Source of the DNA: Thermoplasmata archaeon
GTDB taxonomy: Archaea > Thermoplasmatota > DTKX01 > DATEUP01
Length of the DNA: 64,000 nucleotides
Reading direction: 5' to 3'
Assembly: GCA_041499475.1 (NCBI GenBank)
Contig: JBGQKI010000008.1
Location: forward strand, 1,978 to 65,977
The notes beneath the pieces are model-generated. The model saw only the letters and a program-made list of their open reading frames with translations, did no database searches and was not told the origin of the DNA. This document shows, piece after piece, positions 37,918-46,876 of this stretch; the first letter of the stretch is position 1, and every line of letters starts with the position of its first letter. A program made the translations under genes and the position numbers.

Positions 37918-38604
37918 GTGGCTCAAACCGCCGTGAGCGGCGAAGGCGCAAAACTGCAGCACCTCCACGCGCTGAAGCACCTCGCGCTGCTCGGCGGCAC
38001 CAAGAAGCCGGTGCGCGTCTCCTCGCGGGAGTTCGCCGAGGCGATGGGGGCGTCCCAGCAGGCGGCTTCGGCCGTGCTCCTCGACCTCTACAAGCTCGGC
38101 CTCATCAAGCGCGAGATCACCTCGCGCAAGCAGCACATCACGCTCACCGACGCGGGGGTGGCCGCCCTTGCCCGCGAGCACGCAGACCTTCGCCGGATCT
38201 TCGAGCCGCAGCGGGTCGTGGACATCGAGGGCACGGTCTCCTCGGGCCTTGGCGAGGGCGCCTATTACATGGCGCAGGAAGGATACGCCCGCCAGTTCGA
38301 GGAGCACCTCGGCAGCCGCCCGGTGCCCGGCACCTTAAACCTCAAGCTCGACGGCGACGAGCTCACCAAGCTCCAGATGCTCGATGCCGCAAAGGGGATC
38401 GACATCACGGGCTTCACGGACAGGAACCGCACCTTCGGGGGCGCGAAGCTCTTCCGCTGCGAACTTAGCGGCGTCGAGGGCGGCGTGGTGATCCCGCTCC
38501 GCACGCACCACCGTGACATCATGGAGATTATCGCGCGCAAGCACCTGCGCCGCACGCTCAAGTTGAAGGATGGCGACAAAGCCCTCGTCAAAGTATTCGT
38601 CTAA
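37918..38604 (+). CDS. ribK: CTP-dependent riboflavin kinase with N-terminal wHTH (archaeal RibK)
   Basis: GTVSSGLGEGAYY, PGTLNLKLD, GGAKLF, IPLRTHH, EIIA..HLR and LKDGD motifs match the MJ0056-type kinase. N-terminal wHTH as in fused archaeal forms. Confidence 0.85.
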   Translation: MAQTAVSGEGAKLQHLHALKHLALLGGTKKPVRVSSREFAEAMGASQQAASAVLLDLYKLGLIKREITSRKQHITLTDAGVAALAREHADLRRIFEPQRVVDIEGTVSSGLGEGAYYMAQEGYARQFEEHLGSRPVPGTLNLKLDGDELTKLQMLDAAKGIDITGFTDRNRTFGGAKLFRCELSGVEGGVVIPLRTHHRDIMEIIARKHLRRTLKLKDGDKALVKVFV

Positions 38605-38618
38605 GGGAGAGCCCACCG

Positions 38619-39530
38619 ATGGTCGACGATGTCAAGCCGAAAGCGGGGACGCGTGAGGGCGGCCTCAAGGTCGCACGCCAAAGCGCGCTCCCGCGCGACG
38701 CCGGGCTCGGGCCCAAGACGCCCTCGGGGCCGGGCGCAAGCCTCCAGGCGGAGCGGCGCCTCAAGCTCGCCGCGGGCCTGCTCGCCGTATGCCTCCTGCT
38801 TGGCATCGGCCAGATCGCCGAGTTCTACGTCCTCAACTTCCCGGCCGCGGGCACGCCAGGCGCCTACAGCGGGCAGCTGCGGGACACGGCGAACCAGAGC
38901 CTCATCGAAAACGCCTCCGTGTTCGTGGTCGCGGGCAACTTCACCGTGGTGTCGCGAGAAGACGGAAACTTCACGCTCACCAACGTCTCGGCGGGCGTCA
39001 CGCACCTCGTCGTGACGAAGGCGAATTACACCACAACCACCTTCATCGTATTCGTAACGCCCTCGCCGAACGGCCAGCCGCCGCTTGTCGCCGACGGCCT
39101 GCGGCTCGACCCGGGCCACGGCAACGCGACGGTCGACTTCACCGGGGCGCGCGGCACGTTTGTCGCGGTCTGCCTTACCATCGTGGGGATCGGTGTGGCG
39201 CTGAACGGCCTCGGGCTTACCGCCGCGCTCTCAAGGAGGCGGTACCAGCACGCGCTGCTCGGCGGGGTGGGCGCGTTCCTCGCGATCGGCTTCTTCCTCG
39301 GGGCGCTCCTCGGCCTCATCTCGATTTTCCTCCTGCGCGGCGCGCGCCATGCGTTTGGCGACCAGCGCGCGCTGTTTACGCCGAGCGACGTGCCGTCCCT
39401 CCTCGAGGAGGAGGACGACGACGAGGACGAGGAAGACGAAGGCAGTGACGAGGAGGGCGGCGCGGCGGGCCCGCCGTCGAGCGCCGCGCCGGCCAACGGC
39501 GGCCCTCGAAAGGAGGACGCGCCGCGATGA
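38619..39530 (+). CDS. membrane protein with carboxypeptidase-regulatory-like (CarbopepD_reg/Ig-like) extracytoplasmic domain and acidic C-terminal tail
   Basis: Signal anchor, beta-sandwich motif (VFVVAGNFTVVSREDGNFTLTNV), 3 C-terminal TM helices, then poly-D/E tail. Confidence 0.7.
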   Translation: MVDDVKPKAGTREGGLKVARQSALPRDAGLGPKTPSGPGASLQAERRLKLAAGLLAVCLLLGIGQIAEFYVLNFPAAGTPGAYSGQLRDTANQSLIENASVFVVAGNFTVVSREDGNFTLTNVSAGVTHLVVTKANYTTTTFIVFVTPSPNGQPPLVADGLRLDPGHGNATVDFTGARGTFVAVCLTIVGIGVALNGLGLTAALSRRRYQHALLGGVGAFLAIGFFLGALLGLISIFLLRGARHAFGDQRALFTPSDVPSLLEEEDDDEDEEDEGSDEEGGAAGPPSSAAPANGGPRKEDAPR

Positions 39531-40378
39531 GCCCGCCCGATGGAGTGAAGGACACCGATAAGCCGCCTCCGCCCGAGCCTCTCGAGCCGCTCGACGAGCG
39601 GCGCTCGCCGCGGCTGCGCCGGCCCCGGCACCACGGTGTGGTACGGCCCCACGCGAGCAGGCGGAGGCGGGCGATTACCCTTGCCGGCTTGCTGCTCCTC
39701 GTGGCGGCCGCGCTTGGATTCTACACCGCCGCCGGCGTATTTTCGCAGGTGGGCGCTAACCGCCCGTCGGCCATCCCGCAGAACCCCATGAACATCACCG
39801 GCCCGGTCACCGACGTTACCGACAATAGCCCGCTGCCGGGCGTACTCGTGCGCATTGTGGGGAAGAACATCGAAAACGCGACCAACGGCGAGGGGTGGTA
39901 CTTCCTTGACGCGGTCCCGCCGGGCACGTACACGATCGAGGCCTCCAAGCCCGGCTACACGACCCTGCGAAAGACGGTCAATGTGAGCCCGGGCATCCCG
40001 GTCGTCGAGGGCTTCGCCATGCCGCCCGGCAACGGCACGTTCGACTACGCGGCCGAGCCCGCAGGCCACTTCACCGACCCCACCGTCGGCGTCTTCGGCC
40101 TCGGGCTTGCGATCATGCTCAACTCCGTCCTTGCGACCGTAGGCGCGTGGAGCGCGATTACCCACCGCCACTACCTGCTCGCCATCGCCGGTGCCGCCGC
40201 CGGCACCGCCACCGGAGGGCTCGCGTTCGGGGCCCCCATCGGCTCGATCCTCGCGATCGCGGCGCTCGCGATCCTCGGGTCGCTGAAGACCGGTTTCCTC
40301 GAGGCCCAGAACCACAAGATCCCGTGGGCCGAACGGTCGCCCACGACCTCGCGCCGCGGCGGGCCGCGCAACCGGTAG
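39527..40378 (+). CDS. paralogous CarbopepD_reg-like membrane protein (tandem duplicate, ATGA-coupled)
   Basis: Same architecture as the upstream gene (GVLVRIVGKNIENATNGEGWYFLDAVPPGTYTIEASKPGYTT; C-terminal TM helices). Start overlaps the upstream stop. Confidence 0.7.
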   Translation: MSPPDGVKDTDKPPPPEPLEPLDERRSPRLRRPRHHGVVRPHASRRRRAITLAGLLLLVAAALGFYTAAGVFSQVGANRPSAIPQNPMNITGPVTDVTDNSPLPGVLVRIVGKNIENATNGEGWYFLDAVPPGTYTIEASKPGYTTLRKTVNVSPGIPVVEGFAMPPGNGTFDYAAEPAGHFTDPTVGVFGLGLAIMLNSVLATVGAWSAITHRHYLLAIAGAAAGTATGGLAFGAPIGSILAIAALAILGSLKTGFLEAQNHKIPWAERSPTTSRRGGPRNR

Positions 40379-40390
40379 GGGGCGCCCTCC

Positions 40391-41107
40391 GTGAAGTGGC
40401 CGTTGCCGGTCCAGCGCCTCTTCGACTGGCTCGAGCCGCCCCAGACGCGCGCCAGGTTCGAGGACGCGCCGGGCGTTGGGCGCTTCGACATGTCGGTCGC
40501 CCTCTTTTGCGCGCCGGTGCTGCTGCTCACCGCGCTCGTGTTCGCGGCGCCATTCCTCATCGCCCCCGACTCAACCGGAGACCTTTCGGGCGCGGTCGGC
40601 ACCATCGACAACGCGCGCGTCTGGGGCGCTTTCCCCGAGCCCGCGCAGTGGACCTACCGCCTCGGCGACATCGCGTGCCACACGAAGGCCACGCGCTCAT
40701 TTTTCCTCAATGGCAACCAGATGCCGTTCTGCGCGCGCGACGTGGCGATCTTCGCCGGCGCCGCGGTCGGGCTTGTCGCCTGCGTCAAGGCGCGTTCGCG
40801 CATCTACCGCGCCGTGGTGGTGCTCCCGTGGTGGTCGTACCTGGCGCTCCTCGTCCCCATCGCGGTCGACGGCGGGCTGCAGGACTTCCTCGGGTTCGAG
40901 AGTGACAACCTGCGCCGCGTGGTCACGGGGTTCCCGGCGGGCCTTGCGGTCGCCTTCGCGCTCGTGTTCATCGCGTACGAAGGGCACTTTGCGCTCGCCC
41001 GGCGCAAGAAGCTGCGCGCCAAGCGCGCGGCCGCAAGGGGCGGCGCGCCCGCGGAGCCCGGTCACGACGAAGGCGACTCGCGCCCGTCCCTCGAAACGGG
41101 CTCGTGA
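40391..41107 (+). CDS. DUF2085 family membrane protein
   Basis: GDIACHTKATRSFFLNGNQMPFCARDVAIFAG matches the DUF2085 CH...RSF...MP.CAR signature. Confidence 0.7.
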   Translation: MKWPLPVQRLFDWLEPPQTRARFEDAPGVGRFDMSVALFCAPVLLLTALVFAAPFLIAPDSTGDLSGAVGTIDNARVWGAFPEPAQWTYRLGDIACHTKATRSFFLNGNQMPFCARDVAIFAGAAVGLVACVKARSRIYRAVVVLPWWSYLALLVPIAVDGGLQDFLGFESDNLRRVVTGFPAGLAVAFALVFIAYEGHFALARRKKLRAKRAAARGGAPAEPGHDEGDSRPSLETGS

Positions 41108-41532
41108 GGGTCAAACGCGGTCGAGAGCGCCCCTACCGAGAAGAAGAAAACATTCGTACCGTAGATCACGGCGGTCGCAACAAGCCCGAGCGCGTCGAAG
41201 GACGCGACGCCGGGCGGGATCGAATTAAGCACCGCAAAAGCGATGATGAGTTCGTAGGTGCCCACGGCGACCGCGGCCGGCACCGCGACCCAAATCGCGT
41301 CGGCGCGCGCGATCCGCTTTCCGCCGAAGCGCCCGAACTCGATCGGCAAGAGCACGAAGAGGATACCCCAGCCCACAAACGGGATGAAGACGACGGCCAC
41401 GAGGAGCAGGAACGGCACCGTCATGATTACGAGGGCACGGTAGGGGTGCGAGCGCCGGTACATCGGCGCCTGGTCTTCGCGAGCGCCTTGACCTTGCGGG
41501 CCCTCGGCTTCGCCTTTGTCGTTGCCGGCCAT
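41062..41532 (-). CDS. small hypothetical membrane protein (156 aa)
   Basis: Protein-like 3' portion of ORF 41062..41958 starting at the internal Met. 4 TM helices. Convergent 46-nt overlap with the DUF2085 gene. Confidence 0.5.
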   Translation of the reverse strand: MAGNDKGEAEGPQGQGAREDQAPMYRRSHPYRALVIMTVPFLLLVAVVFIPFVGWGILFVLLPIEFGRFGGKRIARADAIWVAVPAAVAVGTYELIIAFAVLNSIPPGVASFDALGLVATAVIYGTNVFFFSVGALSTAFDPHEPVSRDGRESPSS

Positions 41533-41621
41533 GGCCACCGTCGCCTTAGCGCGCACGCCGACATGAAGCCTCGCGTTTCGCGCGCCTTGCGGTGCCAGCG
41601 CCTCGGGCGCACCCCCCAAAG

Positions 41622-41628
41622 TATTTAT
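41622..41628 (+). promoter_or_regulatory. TATA box (TATTTAT) upstream of rpoL
   Basis: AAAGTATTTATCC 41 nt upstream of ATG 41669, in the divergent intergenic region. Confidence 0.45.
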
Positions 41629-41668
41629 CCGGAACCGGGTTTGCGAGCAATCCCTCGGGGCGTTTCGA

Positions 41669-41947
41669 ATGGAAATTAAGCTTGTTTCCAAGGACAAGGA
41701 CTCGATCGAGGTCGAGATTCCAGGCGAGACGGAGACGCTCTTCGAGCCCCTGCGCTCGGCGCTGCTCAAGAACCCCAAGGTCAAGATCGCGATGTACCAC
41801 GCGGAGCACCCGTGGTTTGACGCCAAGCGGCTGTTTGTGAAAGTGTCCGACGGAAAGCCCGCTGAGGCACTGCGCGCCGCTGCGAAGGAAGTCCTCTCGG
41901 ACCTCGACGAGGCGCTTGCCGACCTCGAGCGCCTGAAAGAGCCGTAA
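41669..41947 (+). CDS. rpoL: DNA-directed RNA polymerase subunit L (Rpo11)
   Basis: 92 aa. MEIKL...SIEVEIPGETETLFEPLRSALLKNPKV...YHAEHPWFD is the canonical RpoL/Rpb11 fold sequence. Confidence 0.85.
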   Translation: MEIKLVSKDKDSIEVEIPGETETLFEPLRSALLKNPKVKIAMYHAEHPWFDAKRLFVKVSDGKPAEALRAAAKEVLSDLDEALADLERLKEP

Positions 41948-41982
41948 TCCCCGCGCATTTCGCGCGGCCCGAAGGTGGGCCG

Positions 41983-43362
41983 ATGGGGTTTGCTCCTGCG
42001 CTGCCGACTCTCCTGCCTTCTCCTTTGGAGGAGGCGGCGGTGGGCGCCCTATTCTACCTCACCGACACGCCGGGCACCTTCGGGCGAATCAAGGAGGAGC
42101 CGGAGGACTTCGTCGTCGTCGAGCGCACGAAGTGGCCGCCGGAGGCCGCGGACGGCAATTACCTCGCGCTCGAAGTGCGCGCCCGCAATTGGGAAGCCAA
42201 CCGGCTCGCGGGGCGCATCGCGCGCGAACTCCAAGTGTCAAGGACCAGGATCGGGTTTGCAGGGACGAAGGACAAGCGCGCGGTCACGACCCGCGGGTTC
42301 ACGGTCCGCCTCGACCAGCCGACGGCGCGGGTCGTGCGCCTACCCGACGTCGAAGTGCTGCGCTCGTTCCGGACGGCCCGGCCCCTCGGGCTTGGCGACC
42401 TCACGGGCAACTCGTTCGACATCCATGTGACGGGGTTCCCCGGCGCGGCCGAGGAGGGGGCGGCAAAGGCCCGCGCTACCTTCGCGGCGGCAGCGGCGCA
42501 GGGCGGATTTGCCAATTTCTTCGGGACGCAGCGCTTCGGGAGCCTCCGGCCCGTCACGCACACCGTGGGCGCGGCGCTGGTCGAGGGTGATTTCGCGGGC
42601 GCGGTTCGCGTATATCTGGGGTCGCCGTCGGCCTACGAGACGGAGGACGTGCGGGCGTTCCGCACGGCCTTCCGGAACGGCACGCCGCCCATCGAACTGT
42701 TGCGGGCGATGCCGCACCACCTTTCGTTTGAGCGCCAACTTCTCGAGGCGCTTGCCGCCGAGCCCGACAAACCGCTCGCCGCCATCGAGCGGCTCCCGCG
42801 CAACCTCGCGCTCATGTTTGTGCACGCGCACCAGTCGGAGCTCTTCAACCGCGTGCTCTCGCAGCGTCTGGTGCGTGGTCTGCCGCTTGCCGCGCCGGTC
42901 GTGGGCGACCTTGTCGTGGTTTTGGAGGAAGGCGGGAGCGCGCTCGAGGACTCCCCAGTCGCGGTCACGGAAGCCAACCAGACCAAGGTCGCCCGGCAGG
43001 TGGAGCTTGGCCGCGCGGCCGTGACCGGGCTCGTGCCCGGCGCCGAAGTGGCTTTCGCGTCGGGTGAGGCTGGCGAGATCGAGCGGAAGGTGCTCGAGGA
43101 CGCGGGGCGGACCGCAGCCCAGTTCGTAATCCCCGACCTCCCGCGGCTCACGACCCGCGGTGTCCGCAGGCCGCTTGCGCTGCGGCCGACCCAAGTCCAG
43201 ATTGACGCTGGCCAGGCGCGCAGTGCGCCCGCCGTGCGCCTCCGGTTCGAGCTCCCCCGGGGTTGCTACGCGACCGTCGTGCTTCGCGAGGTCATCAAGC
43301 GTCCGGAAAGCGCCTGGGCGCGCGAGTCCGCTACTGCGGTCGCCCTCGACGACGCACGGTGA
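41983..43362 (+). CDS. truD: tRNA pseudouridine(13) synthase TruD
   Basis: GTKDKRAVTTRGFTV (TruD motif II with catalytic Asp). FGTQRFG motif. Archaeal TruD length. Confidence 0.85.
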   Translation: MGFAPALPTLLPSPLEEAAVGALFYLTDTPGTFGRIKEEPEDFVVVERTKWPPEAADGNYLALEVRARNWEANRLAGRIARELQVSRTRIGFAGTKDKRAVTTRGFTVRLDQPTARVVRLPDVEVLRSFRTARPLGLGDLTGNSFDIHVTGFPGAAEEGAAKARATFAAAAAQGGFANFFGTQRFGSLRPVTHTVGAALVEGDFAGAVRVYLGSPSAYETEDVRAFRTAFRNGTPPIELLRAMPHHLSFERQLLEALAAEPDKPLAAIERLPRNLALMFVHAHQSELFNRVLSQRLVRGLPLAAPVVGDLVVVLEEGGSALEDSPVAVTEANQTKVARQVELGRAAVTGLVPGAEVAFASGEAGEIERKVLEDAGRTAAQFVIPDLPRLTTRGVRRPLALRPTQVQIDAGQARSAPAVRLRFELPRGCYATVVLREVIKRPESAWARESATAVALDDAR

Positions 43363-46300
43363 AGACCACGCCCGCCGCGGCGGCCGCGACGGCCGCGAGC
43401 ATTGTCGCCTGCACCGCCAGGCCGGTCTCGTACGCCCTGGGCGGCGCGGTGGCGGCTTCGCGCACCACAATCGTCACGTTGCCTTGCGCGGCTTGCAGGC
43501 CGTCGGAAACGGTCACCGGAATCGTCGTGGCGCCGTCGGGAAGCGCCGCGATGTCCGATGCCGCAAGCGAGAGCCGGCCCGCCTCGGAGAGGCTCCCCCG
43601 GTTCGACAAGGTCGAAAACACGACGGGGTCGCCATCGGGGTCGACCGCAAGCAGCGTGAAAGCGGCCGGCGACCCCCTCGTCACGACAAGGTCGCCCATG
43701 TCGACCAAACGGGGGGCGCGGTCGGCGGGCAGCACTGAAATCAAGAAAGGAGCGCTCGCCGTCATCTGCGCGGCGTTTCGCACCGTGATCGCGAATTGCC
43801 ACGAGCCAACGACCGCCTCCCCGGGCACGAAGGTCACGGCGCCGCGCGCGTCGATGGGCAGCGTCGGGAACGGCCCCGCGCCCGAGTTGGAGGAAGCAAA
43901 GGTCAGGTTGCCGCCCCCGGGGTCGCTTGCCACGACCGTGTAGACAAAGGGGACGCCTACGACCGCGACCTGCGGAGGGGGCGCCTCGATGACGGGCGCG
44001 CCGGGGTGGGCAAACACGGTGAAGGCGGTTGTCGTCGAGCTCGTCTCACGGCCGTCGGAGACGGTGAGGCGCACGGAGCCCACGCCCGACCAGTGCGGGC
44101 GCGGGTAGGCCATGAGCCGCACGCCATCGACCCACACCGAAAGCTCGCTGGAGGTCGCGGTCGCGGTGAAGGTCAGCTGGTCGAAGGGCGTGTCGGGGTC
44201 CGAAGCGAAGCCGCGCAAGTCCGCGATGGCGGCGGTGGGCGGTGCGTCTTCATCCACGAACACCGCCGGCAGCGTGAAGAGCGCGGGGCCCTGGCCGGCG
44301 CGCACCGCGAACACGACCCCGTTGTTCGACTCGTTGAACTCGACGATCTCGCGGCCCGCGTCTGCGGTGATCACGAGCGAGAAGTTCCCGGCCTCGGGGG
44401 CAAGCACGTTGAACGAAAACGCGCTTTGCGTGGCGGAGGCCGCGGTGTTGCCTTGGGTCACGGCTGAACCGTCGGCGCGGCGCAGCTCGTAGCCGATGAG
44501 GTACGACCGCGGGACAAGTCCCGACCGACCCACGAGCCCTGTGACCGCGATTGCGCCGCCGGGCGCCACCTGCCCGGGCGGGTTGAGCGAAACGCTGCCC
44601 GCGTCGAGCCACAGGTCGACGCCCGAGGCCTCCACGGGGATCGTGACCTCGTTGTTGAGCTCGTCAAATTCCGCCACGGTGTTGCTGGGGTCAACCACGA
44701 CCCGAAGTTCGTGCAGGCCGTCCTGCGTGGGCGTCCAGGTAAAGGAGCCGGTCCATTCCTCGCCGGGGCTTAGAGCCGGGATGAGCACGGAAGGCGCCAC
44801 GAGTTTGGGCAAACCGCCCGGCGGCGTCACGTAGGCGCGCGCGTCGGTCGCGGCCGCGCTCTGCTCGCCCACGTTGCGCACCGTGAAGTACACCGTGGCG
44901 GGGTCGCCCGTGCGAAGGACGGGGGAGGGCAGCGTCACATTCTGGGGTTCGATCGACAGGTCGGCGGGCGCCGTCTGCACGGGGATCGAAATCTGGTAGG
45001 GGATGAAATTGTGGAGCGTCGTGGTCACGAGCAGCGAGCCTGTCGTTGTCGGCGACACCACGGTGTCGATTCGCCCCTGCGCGTCGGCGGTCCCCACGGC
45101 AAAGACCCCGCCGCCGGTGACCGCGACGGCGGCTCCGGCCGCCGGCCGCCCAAGCGTGTCCCGAATGGTCGCCCGGAAATGCTGCTGGGCGGTGTAGAGC
45201 ACGGGCGGCATCGAGGCGTTGAAGCTCGAAGCGACCTGCGTCCAGATCGGCACCTCAGGGTCGCCAAGCAGGTTGTAGACGGCCTTCTGCAAACGGTAGG
45301 CTCCGTACGACTGGTCACGCCCGACCGCGGTAAGGTGTGCGGCGTAGTCGCGGATCCCCTGGTAGAGGGCGGGCCCCGGCCGGAACGGCTCTGGACCTGT
45401 GAAGAAATTCTTCCAGAAGTCCTCGGACTGCCACCAATTCCCGTCGCGGATCCCGAATTTGACATATTCGGCTTCGCCGCGGAAGGTCCCGTCGGTCGGC
45501 ACGACCTCGGCGATGAAGCCGTGGTTGTCTTGGATCATGAATCGGCCGAGGTTCGGCAGCGCGGGGTTCGAGAAATTGCCCACCAGGCAAGACGAGAAGT
45601 AGCCGAGGCTGAGCTCCCCGAAATTCGTAAGGCCGGCGGCATCCGTGTAGTCGAGGCCGTTACTCCAAGAGTAGGCGACGCCGTCGAAGCCGGTGTACTG
45701 AGGCACTCCGTGGCCTGAGGGGACCCATCCGTGGGTTACCGAGATGACTATGGACTTGCCGGCGTTGATCGAACCCACCATACTCACGTTCGAGAGGCGG
45801 TCTTGAGCCGTCGTGTAGTTGCCACCAGGGAGCTCGTAGTAGTCCGCGAGCAAGTCGAGGCTCATCGTTGGGGGGAGGTAGGCTTGCGTGTTTTGCACGG
45901 AGCGCAGGGCGTTGTCGTTCCAAGAATCATAGAGCGTCGGGTCGTTTGGCGGGTCCATCACGGATGCAAACGCTGCGGCGCTCGCCATCCACGGACCGAC
46001 GAAAGGGGCCTTTTCGTACGACAGGAGGTTGTCCCGTGCAAAGCCTGCCTCGGCGGCGCTGTTGAACGGTAGCCGGCCGACGTACACATCGGCGTCCCAG
46101 TCCTCCTCGCCGTACTCACCGTACATTCCGTTCCCGTTTTGGTCCCAGTCCGACCCAAGCCCGGCATAGTAGACATCCGAGAAAACGAGGTCGTGGGTGT
46201 AGCCGCCTGGAACAGTGGCGCTTGCGTTGGTGAACAGGTAGCGGATGGGGATTACGGCCGCGCCGCCGCCCAAAAGGACATACTTCAGGCCCTTGCCCGT

Positions 46301-46693
46301 TGCGTTCCAGTAGACATCCTGCAGGAAATTGTGGAGCTTCTCGGCGTCGTCGCGCCCGGCGAAGGACTGCTTGATGTCCTCGATGAGGGCCACGCGGGCG
46401 GGCAGGCCCTTTTGCGTCTTCCAGTCGGCGATCGACTGCATCGCTGAAGCGTAGGCGGCGGCGGTGACGATGAGGTACTTCGTGGTGGCGAAGCTCGCGG
46501 CATCAATGACGATCTGCGGGGTGGGTGCGAAGGGTTGTCCGTCCGGGGGCGAGGGCGTGGCGGCAGCCGCTGCGAGGCCGGCAAGTGCAACCGGCAGGAG
46601 GAATAGGAACGCGGCCCCGAATGAGGCCGCCGCGCGAGGGTGATTATGGCCGCGGACAGGGCTCTGTGACATCGTCCTTTGCCACGCTGGCAA
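43331..46693 (-). CDS. giant (1120 aa) surface protein with gingipain-like peptidase C25 domain + CARDB/Ig-like domains + C-terminal TM anchor
   Basis: Signal peptide. C25-like N-terminal domain (KYLIVTAAAYASAMQSIADWK, SDVYYAGLGSDWD, VYVGRLPF, THGWVPSGHG, FSSCLVGNF with candidate His/Cys dyad). CARDB-like units. C-terminal TM + RRRGRPQ. Confidence 0.8.
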   Translation of the reverse strand: MPAWQRTMSQSPVRGHNHPRAAASFGAAFLFLLPVALAGLAAAAATPSPPDGQPFAPTPQIVIDAASFATTKYLIVTAAAYASAMQSIADWKTQKGLPARVALIEDIKQSFAGRDDAEKLHNFLQDVYWNATGKGLKYVLLGGGAAVIPIRYLFTNASATVPGGYTHDLVFSDVYYAGLGSDWDQNGNGMYGEYGEEDWDADVYVGRLPFNSAAEAGFARDNLLSYEKAPFVGPWMASAAAFASVMDPPNDPTLYDSWNDNALRSVQNTQAYLPPTMSLDLLADYYELPGGNYTTAQDRLSNVSMVGSINAGKSIVISVTHGWVPSGHGVPQYTGFDGVAYSWSNGLDYTDAAGLTNFGELSLGYFSSCLVGNFSNPALPNLGRFMIQDNHGFIAEVVPTDGTFRGEAEYVKFGIRDGNWWQSEDFWKNFFTGPEPFRPGPALYQGIRDYAAHLTAVGRDQSYGAYRLQKAVYNLLGDPEVPIWTQVASSFNASMPPVLYTAQQHFRATIRDTLGRPAAGAAVAVTGGGVFAVGTADAQGRIDTVVSPTTTGSLLVTTTLHNFIPYQISIPVQTAPADLSIEPQNVTLPSPVLRTGDPATVYFTVRNVGEQSAAATDARAYVTPPGGLPKLVAPSVLIPALSPGEEWTGSFTWTPTQDGLHELRVVVDPSNTVAEFDELNNEVTIPVEASGVDLWLDAGSVSLNPPGQVAPGGAIAVTGLVGRSGLVPRSYLIGYELRRADGSAVTQGNTAASATQSAFSFNVLAPEAGNFSLVITADAGREIVEFNESNNGVVFAVRAGQGPALFTLPAVFVDEDAPPTAAIADLRGFASDPDTPFDQLTFTATATSSELSVWVDGVRLMAYPRPHWSGVGSVRLTVSDGRETSSTTTAFTVFAHPGAPVIEAPPPQVAVVGVPFVYTVVASDPGGGNLTFASSNSGAGPFPTLPIDARGAVTFVPGEAVVGSWQFAITVRNAAQMTASAPFLISVLPADRAPRLVDMGDLVVTRGSPAAFTLLAVDPDGDPVVFSTLSNRGSLSEAGRLSLAASDIAALPDGATTIPVTVSDGLQAAQGNVTIVVREAATAPPRAYETGLAVQATMLAAVAAAAAGVVFTVRRRGRPQ

Positions 46694-46876
46694 GGCTACT
46701 TAAAGGGTGCCGAACGGGGTTCGAACTTAAGGGGCGGTGAGGGCCGCCTCGACCTTCGGGGAACGGAGCTCGCGAAGAGCGCCGCGGCCCAGACAAGGCT
46801 TACCGAGTTGCCTTCGGGCTGGAGTTGGTGGATGACCACGCCATTGCGTGCGCCCCCGCAGGCGCGCCGTGCCATC

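Noticed and set aside
46700-46740. tRNA-like GGGGTTCGAACTT (T-loop-like) sequence
   Set aside because: There is no flanking acceptor, D or anticodon arm complementarity. It lies in the promoter region of the C25-like gene, next to a TATA-like CTTTAAGTA.
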